Positions 20,661 through 31,100 of a DNA stretch of 64,000 nt are shown here, piece after piece (within the stretch, counting starts at the first letter, position 1; each line of letters begins with the position of its first letter). The DNA comes from an uncultured Clostridia bacterium (lineage in GTDB: Bacteria; Bacillota; Clostridia; Christensenellales; CAG-917). The notes beneath the pieces are model-generated. The model was given only the letters and a program-made list of their open reading frames with translations. It had not been told where the DNA came from and did no database searches. The stretch is taken from the NCBI GenBank assembly GCA_934233745.1, contig CAKQGN010000001.1, positions 397,566 to 461,565 of the forward strand, given 5' to 3'. The position numbers and the translations under genes were made by a program.

Positions 20661-21337
20661 CTTGCCCGAAGTTTTTTCATTTGTATACCGGACCGCTTGA
20701 CGTCAATACGTATATTGTGATAAACGGAAACAGCGGTTTTGTAGTCGATCCGGGCGGAAACGCCGAGGATATTTTTGCGATTTTCAAAAAACAAAAGGCG
20801 AAAATCGAAGCGATTTTGCTTACGCACGGACATTTTGACCATATCGGCGGCGTTGCAGAGCTATGTCGCCTTGCAAGCAAAGACGAAAACGGAAATGAGA
20901 ATTTGCAAAACGCTCCTGCCGTGTTTTTGCACAAAGACGATCTTGAAAAAATAGGCTCGTACAAAAATTTGGGCTTTTCTATGGGAATAAATCCCGAAAA
21001 GTTTACTCCGGACGTGTTGCTGAACGGTGGCGAAACCCTCAAAATAGCAGGACTCGACGTCAATGTCATTCATACGCCGGGGCATTCAAAAGGCGGCGTT
21101 TGCTATGTTGTCGACAACAAAATTTTTGTGGGCGACACGCTGTTTTTTATGTCTTTCGGGCGCACGGATTTTTATGACGGAAACGCAAAAGATCTCAAAA
21201 ATTCCATTGTAAACAAACTTTTTACGCTCAAAGGCAACTATACCGTTTTGCCCGGACACGGTGAGCCTACAACCCTCGATTTTGAAAGAGTAAACAATCC
21301 GATTGTCGAAGATACACCGCATATAACTGCCGATTGA
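20657..21337 (+). CDS. MBL-fold metallo-hydrolase (glyoxalase II-like)
   Basis: 226 aa. HxHxDH motif (THGHFDHIGG), ..HTPGHS.. . Start overlaps the relA stop. Confidence 0.85.
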   Translation: MTCPKFFHLYTGPLDVNTYIVINGNSGFVVDPGGNAEDIFAIFKKQKAKIEAILLTHGHFDHIGGVAELCRLASKDENGNENLQNAPAVFLHKDDLEKIGSYKNLGFSMGINPEKFTPDVLLNGGETLKIAGLDVNVIHTPGHSKGGVCYVVDNKIFVGDTLFFMSFGRTDFYDGNAKDLKNSIVNKLFTLKGNYTVLPGHGEPTTLDFERVNNPIVEDTPHITAD

Positions 21338-21344
21338 CCTCATT

Positions 21345-22754
21345 ATGATCGATTTTTCAATTTCAAACGAAGAATATCTCAACGACCTTGCGGAACTTAT
21401 AAGACTGTTTGAATCTCGCTCCGACGAGAACATTTCGCTTGCCGTCGAATACGAAAATACAGACGGCGTTTTCAAGGTGAGAATCACGTCGGACAAATTT
21501 GACGGTTTTGTCAAAAACTATGCGTTTAAGATTGAAACTGACAGCGAACTCGAACGCAAGAGAGTGGAAAAACGCTACCTTAAAATAGCTATTTATCGCA
21601 CGTTGAGTTTCCTTTTGAACGTCAATCTTCCATACGGTTGCCTTACGGGTATTCGCCCGACAAAACTATATTGTGAAATTGAAAACGATACGGATAGATA
21701 TGCGAAATCGGCGCACGACGTCTTTTTGAAAGACTACAGTGTAAGCGAAGGAAAGGTGGAACTTATCGAAAAAATCGTAGAAGTTCAAAAGCCGATAAGA
21801 AACAAATCGTCACGACAGTTCGACGTGTTCGTTTTCATCCCGTTTTGTCCGACAAGATGCGCGTATTGCTCGTTTGTCAGCCTGCCCATAGACAAACAAA
21901 AAAAACTTATCGAACCCTATGTCGATTGTCTTGTGCGCGAGCTGGAACAAACAAGGCAAATCATCGAGAAAAAACGTCTTAAAATCAGGGCGGTGTACGT
22001 CGGTGGAGGTACGCCCACGTCCATCGGTGCGGAGTTAATGGACAAAGTGCTTGAAAAATGTCATTTCGGCGCAAAAGAATTTACCGTCGAAGCGGGACGT
22101 CCCGACACCATAAACGACGACATCGTGCGCGTTTTGCAAAAGCACGGCGTGAGCAGGGTTTCCGTAAACCCTCAAACTTTCAACGACAAAACCCTTGAAA
22201 TCATCGGTCGCAAGCACAAGAGTGCGGACACCTACAACGCATATATGCTTGTCAAAGACAAGTTTGACGTAAATATGGATTTGATTGCATGTCTGCCGGG
22301 CGAAACGCTAAACGACTTTAAGCGTAGCGTCGATATCGCAGTCGCATTGAATCCCGCCAACGTCACCGTACATACGCTTTATATGAAAAAAGGCTCTGCG
22401 CTCAAACAGGCGGGCTATGACAACACCGATTTCGAAACCGCCTCGCAAATGGTGGATTACGCCTACAAAAAACTTACGTCGGCAGGGTATGAGCCATACT
22501 ACATGTATCGCCAGAAATATACCAGCGGCAATCTTGAAAACGTGGGTTACGCCAAGCCGAAAAAAGCGTGCGTCTACAACATAGACATTATGGAGGAAGA
22601 TACGTCCATTATTGCAAACGGCGCGAACGGAATATCAAAAAAATGGAATAAAAAGAAAAATCTGATAACTCGTTGCGCAAATTACAAAGAACCGATAGAG
22701 TATATAAAGCACATAGACGAAATGCTGAAGCGGCAGTATAATTTTTGGCTGTGA
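21345..22754 (+). CDS. HemN/HemZ-like oxygen-independent coproporphyrinogen oxidase family radical SAM protein
   Basis: 469 aa. Radical-SAM CxxxCxxC (CPTRCAYC) and a HemN-like core (..YVGGGTPT..). Confidence 0.8.
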   Translation: MIDFSISNEEYLNDLAELIRLFESRSDENISLAVEYENTDGVFKVRITSDKFDGFVKNYAFKIETDSELERKRVEKRYLKIAIYRTLSFLLNVNLPYGCLTGIRPTKLYCEIENDTDRYAKSAHDVFLKDYSVSEGKVELIEKIVEVQKPIRNKSSRQFDVFVFIPFCPTRCAYCSFVSLPIDKQKKLIEPYVDCLVRELEQTRQIIEKKRLKIRAVYVGGGTPTSIGAELMDKVLEKCHFGAKEFTVEAGRPDTINDDIVRVLQKHGVSRVSVNPQTFNDKTLEIIGRKHKSADTYNAYMLVKDKFDVNMDLIACLPGETLNDFKRSVDIAVALNPANVTVHTLYMKKGSALKQAGYDNTDFETASQMVDYAYKKLTSAGYEPYYMYRQKYTSGNLENVGYAKPKKACVYNIDIMEEDTSIIANGANGISKKWNKKKNLITRCANYKEPIEYIKHIDEMLKRQYNFWL

Positions 22755-22848
22755 CCGAATTTGATACGACACTGCGTCGAACATAGTCGACCGAAAGAGA
22801 GTAAAATATTTTTAATACTAATATTTTTTGTCAAATTGTCAAAATCGA

Positions 22849-22877
22849 TTTACATAAAAATTTTTATATGTTAATAT
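22849..22877 (+). promoter_or_regulatory. candidate rpsO promoter (TTTACA-17 nt-TAATAT with an upstream TG), followed by a ~90-nt leader
   Basis: Sequence match only. The leader contains the hairpin GCGAC-N10-GTCGC and could be an S15 autoregulatory site. Confidence 0.4.
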
Positions 22878-22967
22878 TCAATGGTACTTTCGACGAGGTT
22901 GCGACAAAACTCCGAGTCGCTACTTGGTTGAAAGCGAATTATTTATCCAACGAAGGAGGCAAAAACA

Positions 22968-23231
22968 ATGGATAAAACAACAAAACAAGAAATCATCGCA
23001 AAGTACGCTCGCAAAGAAGGCGACACGGGTTCTCCCGAAGTTCAAATCGCTCTTTTGACAGCTCGTATTTCAGAACTCACCGAACACCTCAAGAATCACC
23101 CCAAGGATCATCACAGCCGTCGCGGTCTTCTTATGATGGTCGGTCACAGAAGAAGTCTTCTCAACTATCTCAAAGAGATGGACATCGAAAGATATCGTAC
23201 AATCGTATCTGCTCTTGGTTTGAGAAAGTAA
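22968..23231 (+). CDS. rpsO: 30S ribosomal protein S15
   Basis: 87 aa. ..[33 protein letters not shown].. . Confidence 0.97.
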   Translation: MDKTTKQEIIAKYARKEGDTGSPEVQIALLTARISELTEHLKNHPKDHHSRRGLLMMVGHRRSLLNYLKEMDIERYRTIVSALGLRK

Positions 23232-23238
23232 AAAACAT

Positions 23239-23267
23239 CGGGTGCTTTTACCGCACCCGTTTTTTTT
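23239..23267 (+). terminator. intrinsic terminator/attenuator between rpsO and pnp
   Basis: CGGGTGC..GCACCCG hairpin plus T8. Confidence 0.7.
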
Positions 23268-23360
23268 GGAATAAACGCACATCTGTGCGGGAAAAATAAA
23301 AAATAAACCGCTTTTTGCGGAGAATAAGGGAATGACGGAATTCCCAGAAGGAGAAATTTT

Positions 23361-25481
23361 ATGGAAAGAAGAATTTTCAAGACAACGGTAGGCGGCAGAG
23401 AAATGACCGTCGAAACAGGCGCATACTGCTCGCAATCCAACGGCTCTTGCATCGTGCGTTGCGGCGACACGGTTGTTATGGTCAATGCGACTATGAGCAA
23501 AGCTCCCCGTGACGGTATGGACTTTTTCCCTTTGAGCGTTGACTACGAAGAGAAAATGTACGCAATCGGCAAAATCCCCGGCGGATTCAAAAAGAGAGAG
23601 GGCAGAGCAAGCGACAAGGCAATCCTTACATCACGTCTTATCGACAGACCTATTCGTCCGCTTTTCCCCAAGGGACTTTACAACGACGTTACGGTCATCG
23701 CAACGGTTTTGTCAGTGGACACAAACATTCCGCCTGAAGTTTTCGGCATGATCGGCTCATCCGTTGCGCTTTCGATAAGCGACATTCCTTGGGCAGGCCC
23801 CACGGGCTCGGTCGTAGTCGGTATGGTGGACGGCGAGTACGTCATCAACCCCGACAGCGCACAACGCGCAAAATCTCGTCTTACCCTCAACCTCAGCGGC
23901 ACGAAAGACGCAATCATGATGGTTGAAGCGGGCGCAGACGTCATCACCGAAAAGGAAATGCTCGGCGCAATTATGTTCGGTCACGAAGAAATCAAAAAAA
24001 TCGTGGCTTTCATCGAGGAAATCCAAAAAGAAGTCGGCAAGCCCAAACTCGATATGGACCTCGAACATATCCCCGACAATATCAACGAGGCAGTCAGAGC
24101 TTATGCAAACGAAAAGATGGACTATGTTCTCGAAGCGTTTGACCGCTATGAAAGAGAGGAGAGAGAGGACGCACTCAACGTTGACGTGCTTGCTCACTTT
24201 GCAGACGATTGGAGCGACGAGCCCAAGAAAACCAAATTCATCCTCGACAGCCTCTACTATCTCAAGAAAGAGAAAGTCCGCGCAAAGATTCTCGACGGCG
24301 GCGTACGTCCCGACGGCAGAACTCTCACCGAAATTCGTCCTATCTGGTGCGAAGTGGGTATGCTCCCGCGCGTTCACGGTAGCGCAGTGTTCACAAGAGG
24401 ACAAACTCAAGCTCTCACCACTTGCACTCTCGGCACGATAAGCGAAGCTCAAAAGCTCGAAGGTCTTGACGACGATTACTACAAGAGATACATGCATCAA
24501 TACAACATGCCCGGTTACTCCACAGGCGAAGCAAAGGCTCTCAAGAGCCCCGGTCGTCGTGAAATCGGACACGGCGCACTTGCAGAACGCGCTCTCGAAC
24601 CCGTGCTTCCTTCCGAAGAGGAGTTCCCGTACGCAATCCGCACGGTATCCGACATTTTGAGCTCCAACGGTTCGACTTCGCAAGCATCCGTTTGCGGCAG
24701 CACGCTCGCACTTATGGACGCAGGCGTTCCCATCAAAGCACCCGTCGCAGGCATCGCAATGGGACTTATCAAGAACGAAGAGAGCCACAAAGTTGTGGTT
24801 TTGACCGACATCCAAGGTCTTGAAGACTTCCTCGGCGATATGGACTTCAAAGTCGCAGGTACGACGGAAGGTATCACCGCAATCCAAATGGATATCAAAA
24901 TCAAGGGTATCGATGAGGAAATCCTCACCCGTGCGCTTGAACAAGCAAGACTCGGCAGACTCGAAATTCTCGGCAAGATGCTTGCAACTCTTCCTGCTCC
25001 GAGAGCAGAACTCAGCAAGTTTGCACCCAAGATCGTGTCCTTTGCAATCGATCCCGACAAGATTCGCGACGTCATCGGCACGGGCGGCAAGACCATCAAC
25101 AAGATCATCGAGGATACCGGCGTCAAGATCGACATCAACGACGAAGGCACAATCTTCATTGCATCAAGCGACGACGCTGCTATCAGAAAAGCTCGCACCA
25201 TCATCGAAAACATCGTCCGCGACGTTGAAGTCGGCGACGTCTATGAAGGCAAAGTCACCAAGATTATGGAAAACGATAAAGGTCAATTCGGTGCGTCCGT
25301 CAACTTTGCTCCCGGCAAAGACGGCATGATCCACATCTCCAAACTTTCCGACCAACGTGTCGAAAAGGTCACCGATGTTGTCAATGTCGGCGACATCGTT
25401 CTTGTCAAAGTCATCAAGATTGACGAGAAACACAGAGTTGATTTGCGCCTCAAAGAAGTTCTCTCTAAAGCCACCAATTAA
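23361..25481 (+). CDS. pnp: polyribonucleotide nucleotidyltransferase (PNPase)
   Basis: 706 aa with two RNase PH domains, then KH (..GTGGKTINKI..) and S1 (..GDVYEGKVTKI..) domains. Confidence 0.97.
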   Translation: MERRIFKTTVGGREMTVETGAYCSQSNGSCIVRCGDTVVMVNATMSKAPRDGMDFFPLSVDYEEKMYAIGKIPGGFKKREGRASDKAILTSRLIDRPIRPLFPKGLYNDVTVIATVLSVDTNIPPEVFGMIGSSVALSISDIPWAGPTGSVVVGMVDGEYVINPDSAQRAKSRLTLNLSGTKDAIMMVEAGADVITEKEMLGAIMFGHEEIKKIVAFIEEIQKEVGKPKLDMDLEHIPDNINEAVRAYANEKMDYVLEAFDRYEREEREDALNVDVLAHFADDWSDEPKKTKFILDSLYYLKKEKVRAKILDGGVRPDGRTLTEIRPIWCEVGMLPRVHGSAVFTRGQTQALTTCTLGTISEAQKLEGLDDDYYKRYMHQYNMPGYSTGEAKALKSPGRREIGHGALAERALEPVLPSEEEFPYAIRTVSDILSSNGSTSQASVCGSTLALMDAGVPIKAPVAGIAMGLIKNEESHKVVVLTDIQGLEDFLGDMDFKVAGTTEGITAIQMDIKIKGIDEEILTRALEQARLGRLEILGKMLATLPAPRAELSKFAPKIVSFAIDPDKIRDVIGTGGKTINKIIEDTGVKIDINDEGTIFIASSDDAAIRKARTIIENIVRDVEVGDVYEGKVTKIMENDKGQFGASVNFAPGKDGMIHISKLSDQRVEKVTDVVNVGDIVLVKVIKIDEKHRVDLRLKEVLSKATN

Positions 25482-25496
25482 CGCCTAACATTGTCA

Positions 25497-25562
25497 ACAG
25501 CCCCTTGTCCCGAAATCACGTACGCTTTGTACGTTGGGTTTTGGTTCAAGGGGCTGTTTTCG
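25497..25562 (+). terminator. long hairpin terminator after pnp
   Basis: ACAGCCCCTTG ... CAAGGGGCTGT, with an inner hairpin and a T-run. Confidence 0.6.
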
Positions 25563-25698
25563 CGTTATGCATTTAATCGGATGGCTTTGGAGAGAACTTC
25601 ATATGAGTCTATCGCACTTAGGACACATGTAAGTTGAGAGAAGAATAACGACTGCAACAAACACTCGTTCAAGATATTATTATATACGGTATGTGACC

Positions 25699-25760
25699 AT
25701 TCGGAGTGCGTCTTGCGGTTTGATTGCCACCTCGCACCGTTTGTTGCTCATCGCAATGAC
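25699..25760 (-). repeat. REP-like unit (GTCATTGCGA..GGCAATC family), minus orientation
   Basis: The reverse complement reads GTCATTGCGATGAGCAACAAACGGTGCGAGGTGGCAATC.., the same family as 47880, 52338, 53108 and 57647. Confidence 0.7.
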
Positions 25761-25787
25761 GTAAGGAAGATTTGAATTACCGAAACT

Positions 25788-25898
25788 CACACAAAGTGTG
25801 AATATCATTTTTTTCGAAAGAAAAAAATATCACTTGCGCAAAGCGCAAATATCACTGCGTCGATGTCGCAATATCACTCTTGCAAAGCAAGAATATAT
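25788..25898. repeat. tandem array of five variable hairpins, each followed by (A)ATATCAC
   Basis: Units are CACACaaaGTGTG-AATATCA, TTTTTTTCgaaaGAAAAAAA-TATCAC, TTGCGCaaaGCGCAA-ATATCAC, TGCGtcgatgtCGCA-ATATCAC and TCTTGCaaaGCAAGA-ATATAT. Confidence 0.8.
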
Positions 25899-25918
25899 AG
25901 AAAAGCAATGCCTTGGCA

Positions 25919-26644
25919 TTACTTTTCTATTACATTGCTTACAATGTCCGTTTTGAGGTTTTGAGATTTAATGTATTCGAGTATTTTCGGCAGGGCGGTT
26001 ACGGTTGCGTCGGTGGGGTGCATAAGAATTATATCGCCCGATTTTATGTTTTTTGTCGCGCGCTCGTAAATTATGTTCGGGTTGTGGTCGCGCCAGTCTA
26101 TTGTGTCGCGAGTCCACATAATCACCGTGTAGCCGAGGTCTTTGCAGGCGGAAAACATTGCGTTTGACATACTTCCGCTCGGTGGCGCGAATAACTTTGA
26201 GTTTTTGTAGTCGGGGAGAGAGGAAAGCGAAGAATCTATCACTTTTTCGGTGATATAAATTTCCTCTTTGTTACGTTTTTCGTTGAGTTTTGCATGGTTC
26301 AGATGCGAATAACCGTGGTTGCCGATTTCGTGGCCGCATGAGGCGAGTTTCAGAAGGGTATCACCGTTTCGTGCAGCCCAGCAACCGCCGACGAAAAACG
26401 TTGATTTGAAGTTGTATTCATCCAGTATTTCGGCGATTTTTATTACGTTGTCGGTACTCTCGTACACATTGAACGTCAACGCAACGCAACCGCCGTCGGT
26501 ATTGCCGTTGTACACGGCGTTGTTGACTTGCTCTATGGTTGTTTCACCGGGGTATGCAGCCACGAAAGATACGCCGAAAACAAGCAAAAGTATCGACACT
26601 ATGACAAAATTTGCGCAAAAATTTCGGAACCTTGTTTCATTCAT
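25919..26644 (-). CDS. polysaccharide deacetylase (NodB homology domain), YlxY-like, with an N-terminal TM anchor
   Basis: Internal start MNETRF.. at 26644 was chosen because the longer ORF would overlap the divergent peptidase gene. Motif ..GNHGYSH.. . The position next to pnp and the M16 peptidase matches Bacillus ylxY-mlpA synteny. Confidence 0.8.
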   Translation of the reverse strand: MNETRFRNFCANFVIVSILLLVFGVSFVAAYPGETTIEQVNNAVYNGNTDGGCVALTFNVYESTDNVIKIAEILDEYNFKSTFFVGGCWAARNGDTLLKLASCGHEIGNHGYSHLNHAKLNEKRNKEEIYITEKVIDSSLSSLPDYKNSKLFAPPSGSMSNAMFSACKDLGYTVIMWTRDTIDWRDHNPNIIYERATKNIKSGDIILMHPTDATVTALPKILEYIKSQNLKTDIVSNVIEK

Positions 26645-26692
26645 ACCATAAAATATGATTGCGACTTTCAAACTATGTGATATAATATCCGT

Positions 26693-27961
26693 ATGCAAAA
26701 AATGATTACTTTCAAAAGCGGACTGAAACTTGTGTTTGTTCAAAACACCGCCGTAAGGTCGGTGGCAATCGGCGTGTTTGTAGGTGCCGGAGTGGTGAAG
26801 GAAACTCCCGAAATCGCCGGTATTTCTCACTTTATCGAGCATATGGTGTTCAAAGGCACGACAAAGAGAAGCGCGTTTGACATCGTAAACGAGATTGACT
26901 CCATAGGCGCGCAAATCAACGCTTTCACCGCAAAAAGTTACACGTGTTTTCACACCGTATCTCTCGATACCAATGCCGAAAAGTGCGCGGACGTACTATC
27001 GGATATGTATTTCAACCCTGCTTTCGATTCCGTTGAACTCGAAAAGGAACGCAGGGTTGTCATCGAGGAAATAAACGAGAGCGAAGACACTCCCGACGAT
27101 TTGTGCATAGAGCGACTTTTGAGCCTGTATTTCAAGGGCTGTCCGCTTGAAAAAGCCATTCTCGGCACAAAGAAAACACTCAAAGACATGACGAGCGACA
27201 CGCTCAAAGCATATCACGACAAGCACTATGTCGCAAAAAACACCGTGTTGAGCATCGCAGGCAATCTTACCGAGGAACAAGCGGTTGCGATTGTGCAAAA
27301 GTATTTCGAGGATAAGTATAGTCAAAACCAACCTTATGACAATACGCCGATAAACGCTCGCCCCGTTCATTCGCACGGATGCAAACGCAAAAAAGCAATC
27401 GAGCAAACCCACATAGCATTTGCGTTTCCGTCATACCCCTACAACGACGCAAGATGCACCGCTATGCAACTGATGACGATAATTTTCAGCATGGAGATGT
27501 CGTCGAGACTCTTCCAAAGCGTGCGGGAAAAACTGGGACTGTGCTACACGATTTACGGATATCCGTCTTCATATCAGAACAACGGCGCATTTATAATTTA
27601 TACGTCCACAAGTCCTCGCAATACCGAAAAAGCGGTTGAGGCAATAAGGGAAGAGATAGACCTTCTTCTTGAAAAGGGCGTGAGCGACGAGGAGCTTAAT
27701 AAAGGCAAAGAACAACTCAAAACATCTCTTGTTTTGGGACAGGAAAGCACGTCTGCAATGATGCGTACTTTTGGCGGACATGCCGTACAAACAGGCGAGC
27801 TTTATGATTTCGACAAGCGGATTCAAAGCATAGATTCGGTTTCTAAACAAGACGTGCTCGACAGTGCAAAAGAGATATTCGACTTTTCACAGGTTTGCTC
27901 GTCGATAGTTGCGCCCGGCGACGACATCGACATTTTGAAAATCATAAAAAGAAACGATTAG
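26693..27961 (+). CDS. M16 family zinc peptidase (pitrilysin-like)
   Basis: 422 aa with the inverted zinc motif HxxEH (HFIEH). Confidence 0.9.
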   Translation: MQKMITFKSGLKLVFVQNTAVRSVAIGVFVGAGVVKETPEIAGISHFIEHMVFKGTTKRSAFDIVNEIDSIGAQINAFTAKSYTCFHTVSLDTNAEKCADVLSDMYFNPAFDSVELEKERRVVIEEINESEDTPDDLCIERLLSLYFKGCPLEKAILGTKKTLKDMTSDTLKAYHDKHYVAKNTVLSIAGNLTEEQAVAIVQKYFEDKYSQNQPYDNTPINARPVHSHGCKRKKAIEQTHIAFAFPSYPYNDARCTAMQLMTIIFSMEMSSRLFQSVREKLGLCYTIYGYPSSYQNNGAFIIYTSTSPRNTEKAVEAIREEIDLLLEKGVSDEELNKGKEQLKTSLVLGQESTSAMMRTFGGHAVQTGELYDFDKRIQSIDSVSKQDVLDSAKEIFDFSQVCSSIVAPGDDIDILKIIKRND

Positions 27962-28164
27962 AATATCGAAAAATTTACTATATGCGATATGCAGCAGCCA
28001 ATCGAGCGCAAGGATTTTCATTGCGACTCGATTGTTTTTTTTGTGCAAAAGAAACGCGTTTGTCAAAATCTTTTGAAACCCTTTTGACATTTTCTCTTGT
28101 ATATCGCGCTATATTGTGGTATAATCTTTATACTAATATTATATACTATCGGGAAGGTTTTACC

Positions 28165-31100
28165 GTGGCAGATACAAGACAAGCAAAAGCAAACAAAGGC
28201 AACAGGATAGCAGCGGGGGTTTTGGTCCTCATAGTGTCGCTGTTTTGTTTCCTTTCATTGGTCGGCGCGCTCGGCGGCGTGGGAAGAATGGTATATTCGT
28301 TCTTGTGCGGATTTTTCGGGCTCGCCGCTTACGCATACGCTCTTATGGGACTTATTATCGGCACAGCCGTCACCTTCAACGTGCGTCCCAAGATGCGTTT
28401 ATCAAAGGCATTGACCTATTTCGGATTGCTTATTCTCGGCGTTTTCGCACTTCAGATTTATACGTCCAGCACTCACATCGTCGGCGCAAGTTACGGCGAA
28501 TATCTGCTTGCTTGCTACAACAATACAAACACGGCAGGCGGTATGCTTTTGGGGATTCCCGCATATCCGCTGATGAAAGTCATCACGTCGGTCGGCGCAT
28601 TGATTGCGGCATGCGTGGCATTTTTTATTCTCGCATTTTTTGCCGTTTATCCGTCCATAAAACGCAACGTGATTTACACCGTCGCAACCAAGGGCGAACG
28701 CGACAAAAAAATGAAAGAACAAAAACCAAAGCGTTCGTTTTTCTCCAAAAAGAACAAACAAATCGCCCAATCTTCTCCGCTTGTGGAAGCGCAAGGCGCG
28801 CCCACTATCACCGATTTCAATTCGGCAGGAGAGGGAAGAGGACTTTATGTTGTCGACGTTCCGGGCGATCCGCTTCAATCAAAAGTCAACAAAAAGGCTC
28901 TCGGAGCGGAAGGGTACAGTCCGCTCGATTCTTTCAATCCGCTTTATCCCAACGCTCAAGGCGCAGTCGAAGATGAGATGAGACGTCCCGCTCAACCTGC
29001 CGGCGCAGACAAATTTTCGGCAAGGAACATCGCAAGGGATATTCTTTTCGGTTCGGGACCGAGCAATGACAATCTTGCAAAATTCGATACCGTAAAAGAT
29101 CCGAACAACGCTCTGTCAAGCGTGAGCGCGCCATACAGCGCATTCAGAAGAAACGAACTTAAATCGAAACTCGGCGTCGACGCAACGCAAAGCGCGATAA
29201 GAGAAGATTTTATGTCCAGATACAGAGCCGTTCAACCCGAGTCGCAGGCGACCGCTTCGTCGGTTAAAAAGGACGAAAAGGCGTCGGTTGCAAGCAAAAT
29301 AGAAACGCCGCTCGATTTCAAGCGAGATTTCAGCGCACTCAAACAGGAGCAAACACAACGCTTCGGACAAATGTATGCAAAGCCCGAATTCGAGGCAGGC
29401 GTGCATATGGAACAACAAGACGAAGCATGTCTTATCGCAGAACCCGTCAAGAAAGAGGTTGTGAAACCCACAAAAACTTACGACGGGGCGGAAGCAATCA
29501 ATTCCACCATTCAAAAAGCCAACGATTCCGTTTCTAAACAACAAGTGAACGTCGGCATGCTCGGCGCACTCAACAGAGCGATTTCGGGCGAGGAAGAACA
29601 AAAACCCGTAGCGAAAGAAGAGATCGTGTCCGAGGCATACGAAAAACCGAAGACGGATATGGTGTTTATCGCTCGCGATAAGGGCGAAACCGCGCAAGGC
29701 GGTTCGACTGCCGCACAACCTTCATCTCAAAGCGCGCAAATCGGCTCAAACAAAAACGGCGTCGCTTTGTCGAATCAACCTGTAAAACCCGCTCAGAGTG
29801 CAGCGCAGACACCCGTTGTCGCACCAAAGAAAGCCGCAAGCATAGACGAGCTTGACAGAAGCGGTTATACACCCGTTCAAGGCGAGGCAAAATTGCCAAG
29901 AGCGTTTCAACAAACCGCGGTGGAAGAAGAAAAGACCGAAACTAATTTCTTTGGCGGTATAGGCAAAACGAAACCCGTAAAGACATATGAGATGAGCAAA
30001 GCGACGCTTGACAATCAGCGTCCCAAGTATGTAGACAACGACAAAACCGTCGGCGGCGACAACCCGACAGCACCCGCTCCGGTGCAACAAAAGGTTACGG
30101 GCGGAGATATGTCGCGTGCGGCGATTCAGTCCACAACCGCTATTGCCAAAAACTCCGCAAAAGACATTGAAAACGCAGAGGTCAAAGCGCGCATTCAGAA
30201 TATAAAACAAGCAATCAAAGAAACTCCGCAAATGGGACAATACGAGAGGGAAGCCCTCATGAGAGAGGAAAAGATGAAAGCCTCTCAATCCCGCGGCATT
30301 CAAAAGACGGAAACGCAAAAGAAGAGTGACGCGCGCCTTACGCAAGTCAATATGGAACAAGCCATCTCGCAAGCGACTCCGAAACGTCCGTATGTCGCTC
30401 CTCCTATTGCGTTGCTCAATCCGCCTGCTCCGGAAATCGACCAAAACGAAGACTACGAGCAAAAGAAAGAGCAAATCATCAATACGCTTGCGTTTTTCAG
30501 CATAACGGGCGAGGTTATCGACATTTTGGTCGGCCCGACGTTTACTATGTACAAACTGCGCGTCGAGATGCCAAGAGGCAGAACAATCGGCTATATATCC
30601 TCGCTTGAAAGCGACATCGCAATGAAGATGGAAGCGGGAAGCGTGCGTATCATTGCGCCTATTCCCGGCGAGAATGCCGTCGGTATCGAAGTGCCCAACA
30701 AGCACAGAAGAAACGTCAACCTCAGCGAAATCATTCAATCGCCCGAGTTTAACAACGCAAAAGCTCCGGCAACCTTTGCCCTCGGCAAAAACCTGTACGG
30801 ACAATCAAGGGTTGTGGAAATCAAAAAGCTACCGCACGTTCTCATTGCAGGCGCAACCGGCGCAGGCAAGAGTTGCTGTATCAACTCTATTATCGTCAGT
30901 TTGCTCTACAAGGCTTCTCCCGACGACGTGCGCCTCATTCTTATAGACCCCAAGCGCATAGAAATGAGTGTGTACGCCGGCATTCCGCATCTTCTTATGG
31001 ACGAGATTATCTGCGACACCGACAAGGCTATCCGCGCGCTCAACTGGGCGATAAGCGAGATGGAAAGACGTATCAAGTTCCTTGCCGACGTCAACTACAG

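Noticed and set aside
25788-25898. The hairpin+ATATCAC tandem arrays might be a CRISPR array.
   Set aside because: The constant part is only 7 nt and the variable part is itself palindromic and 13-20 nt long. There is no 25-40 nt repeat/spacer periodicity, no leader and no cas genes.
25919-26953. The full 344-aa minus-strand ORF might be the deacetylase gene.
   Set aside because: Its first 103 codons would overlap the divergently transcribed M16 peptidase gene and have a non-protein-like composition. The internal Met at 26644 is followed immediately by a TM/signal segment and the NodB domain.
27895-28164. The upstream 90 codons of the 1329-aa ORF might be the true FtsK start.
   Set aside because: The extension overlaps the end of the M16 peptidase gene and an AT-rich promoter-like spacer. 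A GTG at 28165 with a GGGAAGG RBS begins right before the first TM helix, as expected for FtsK.
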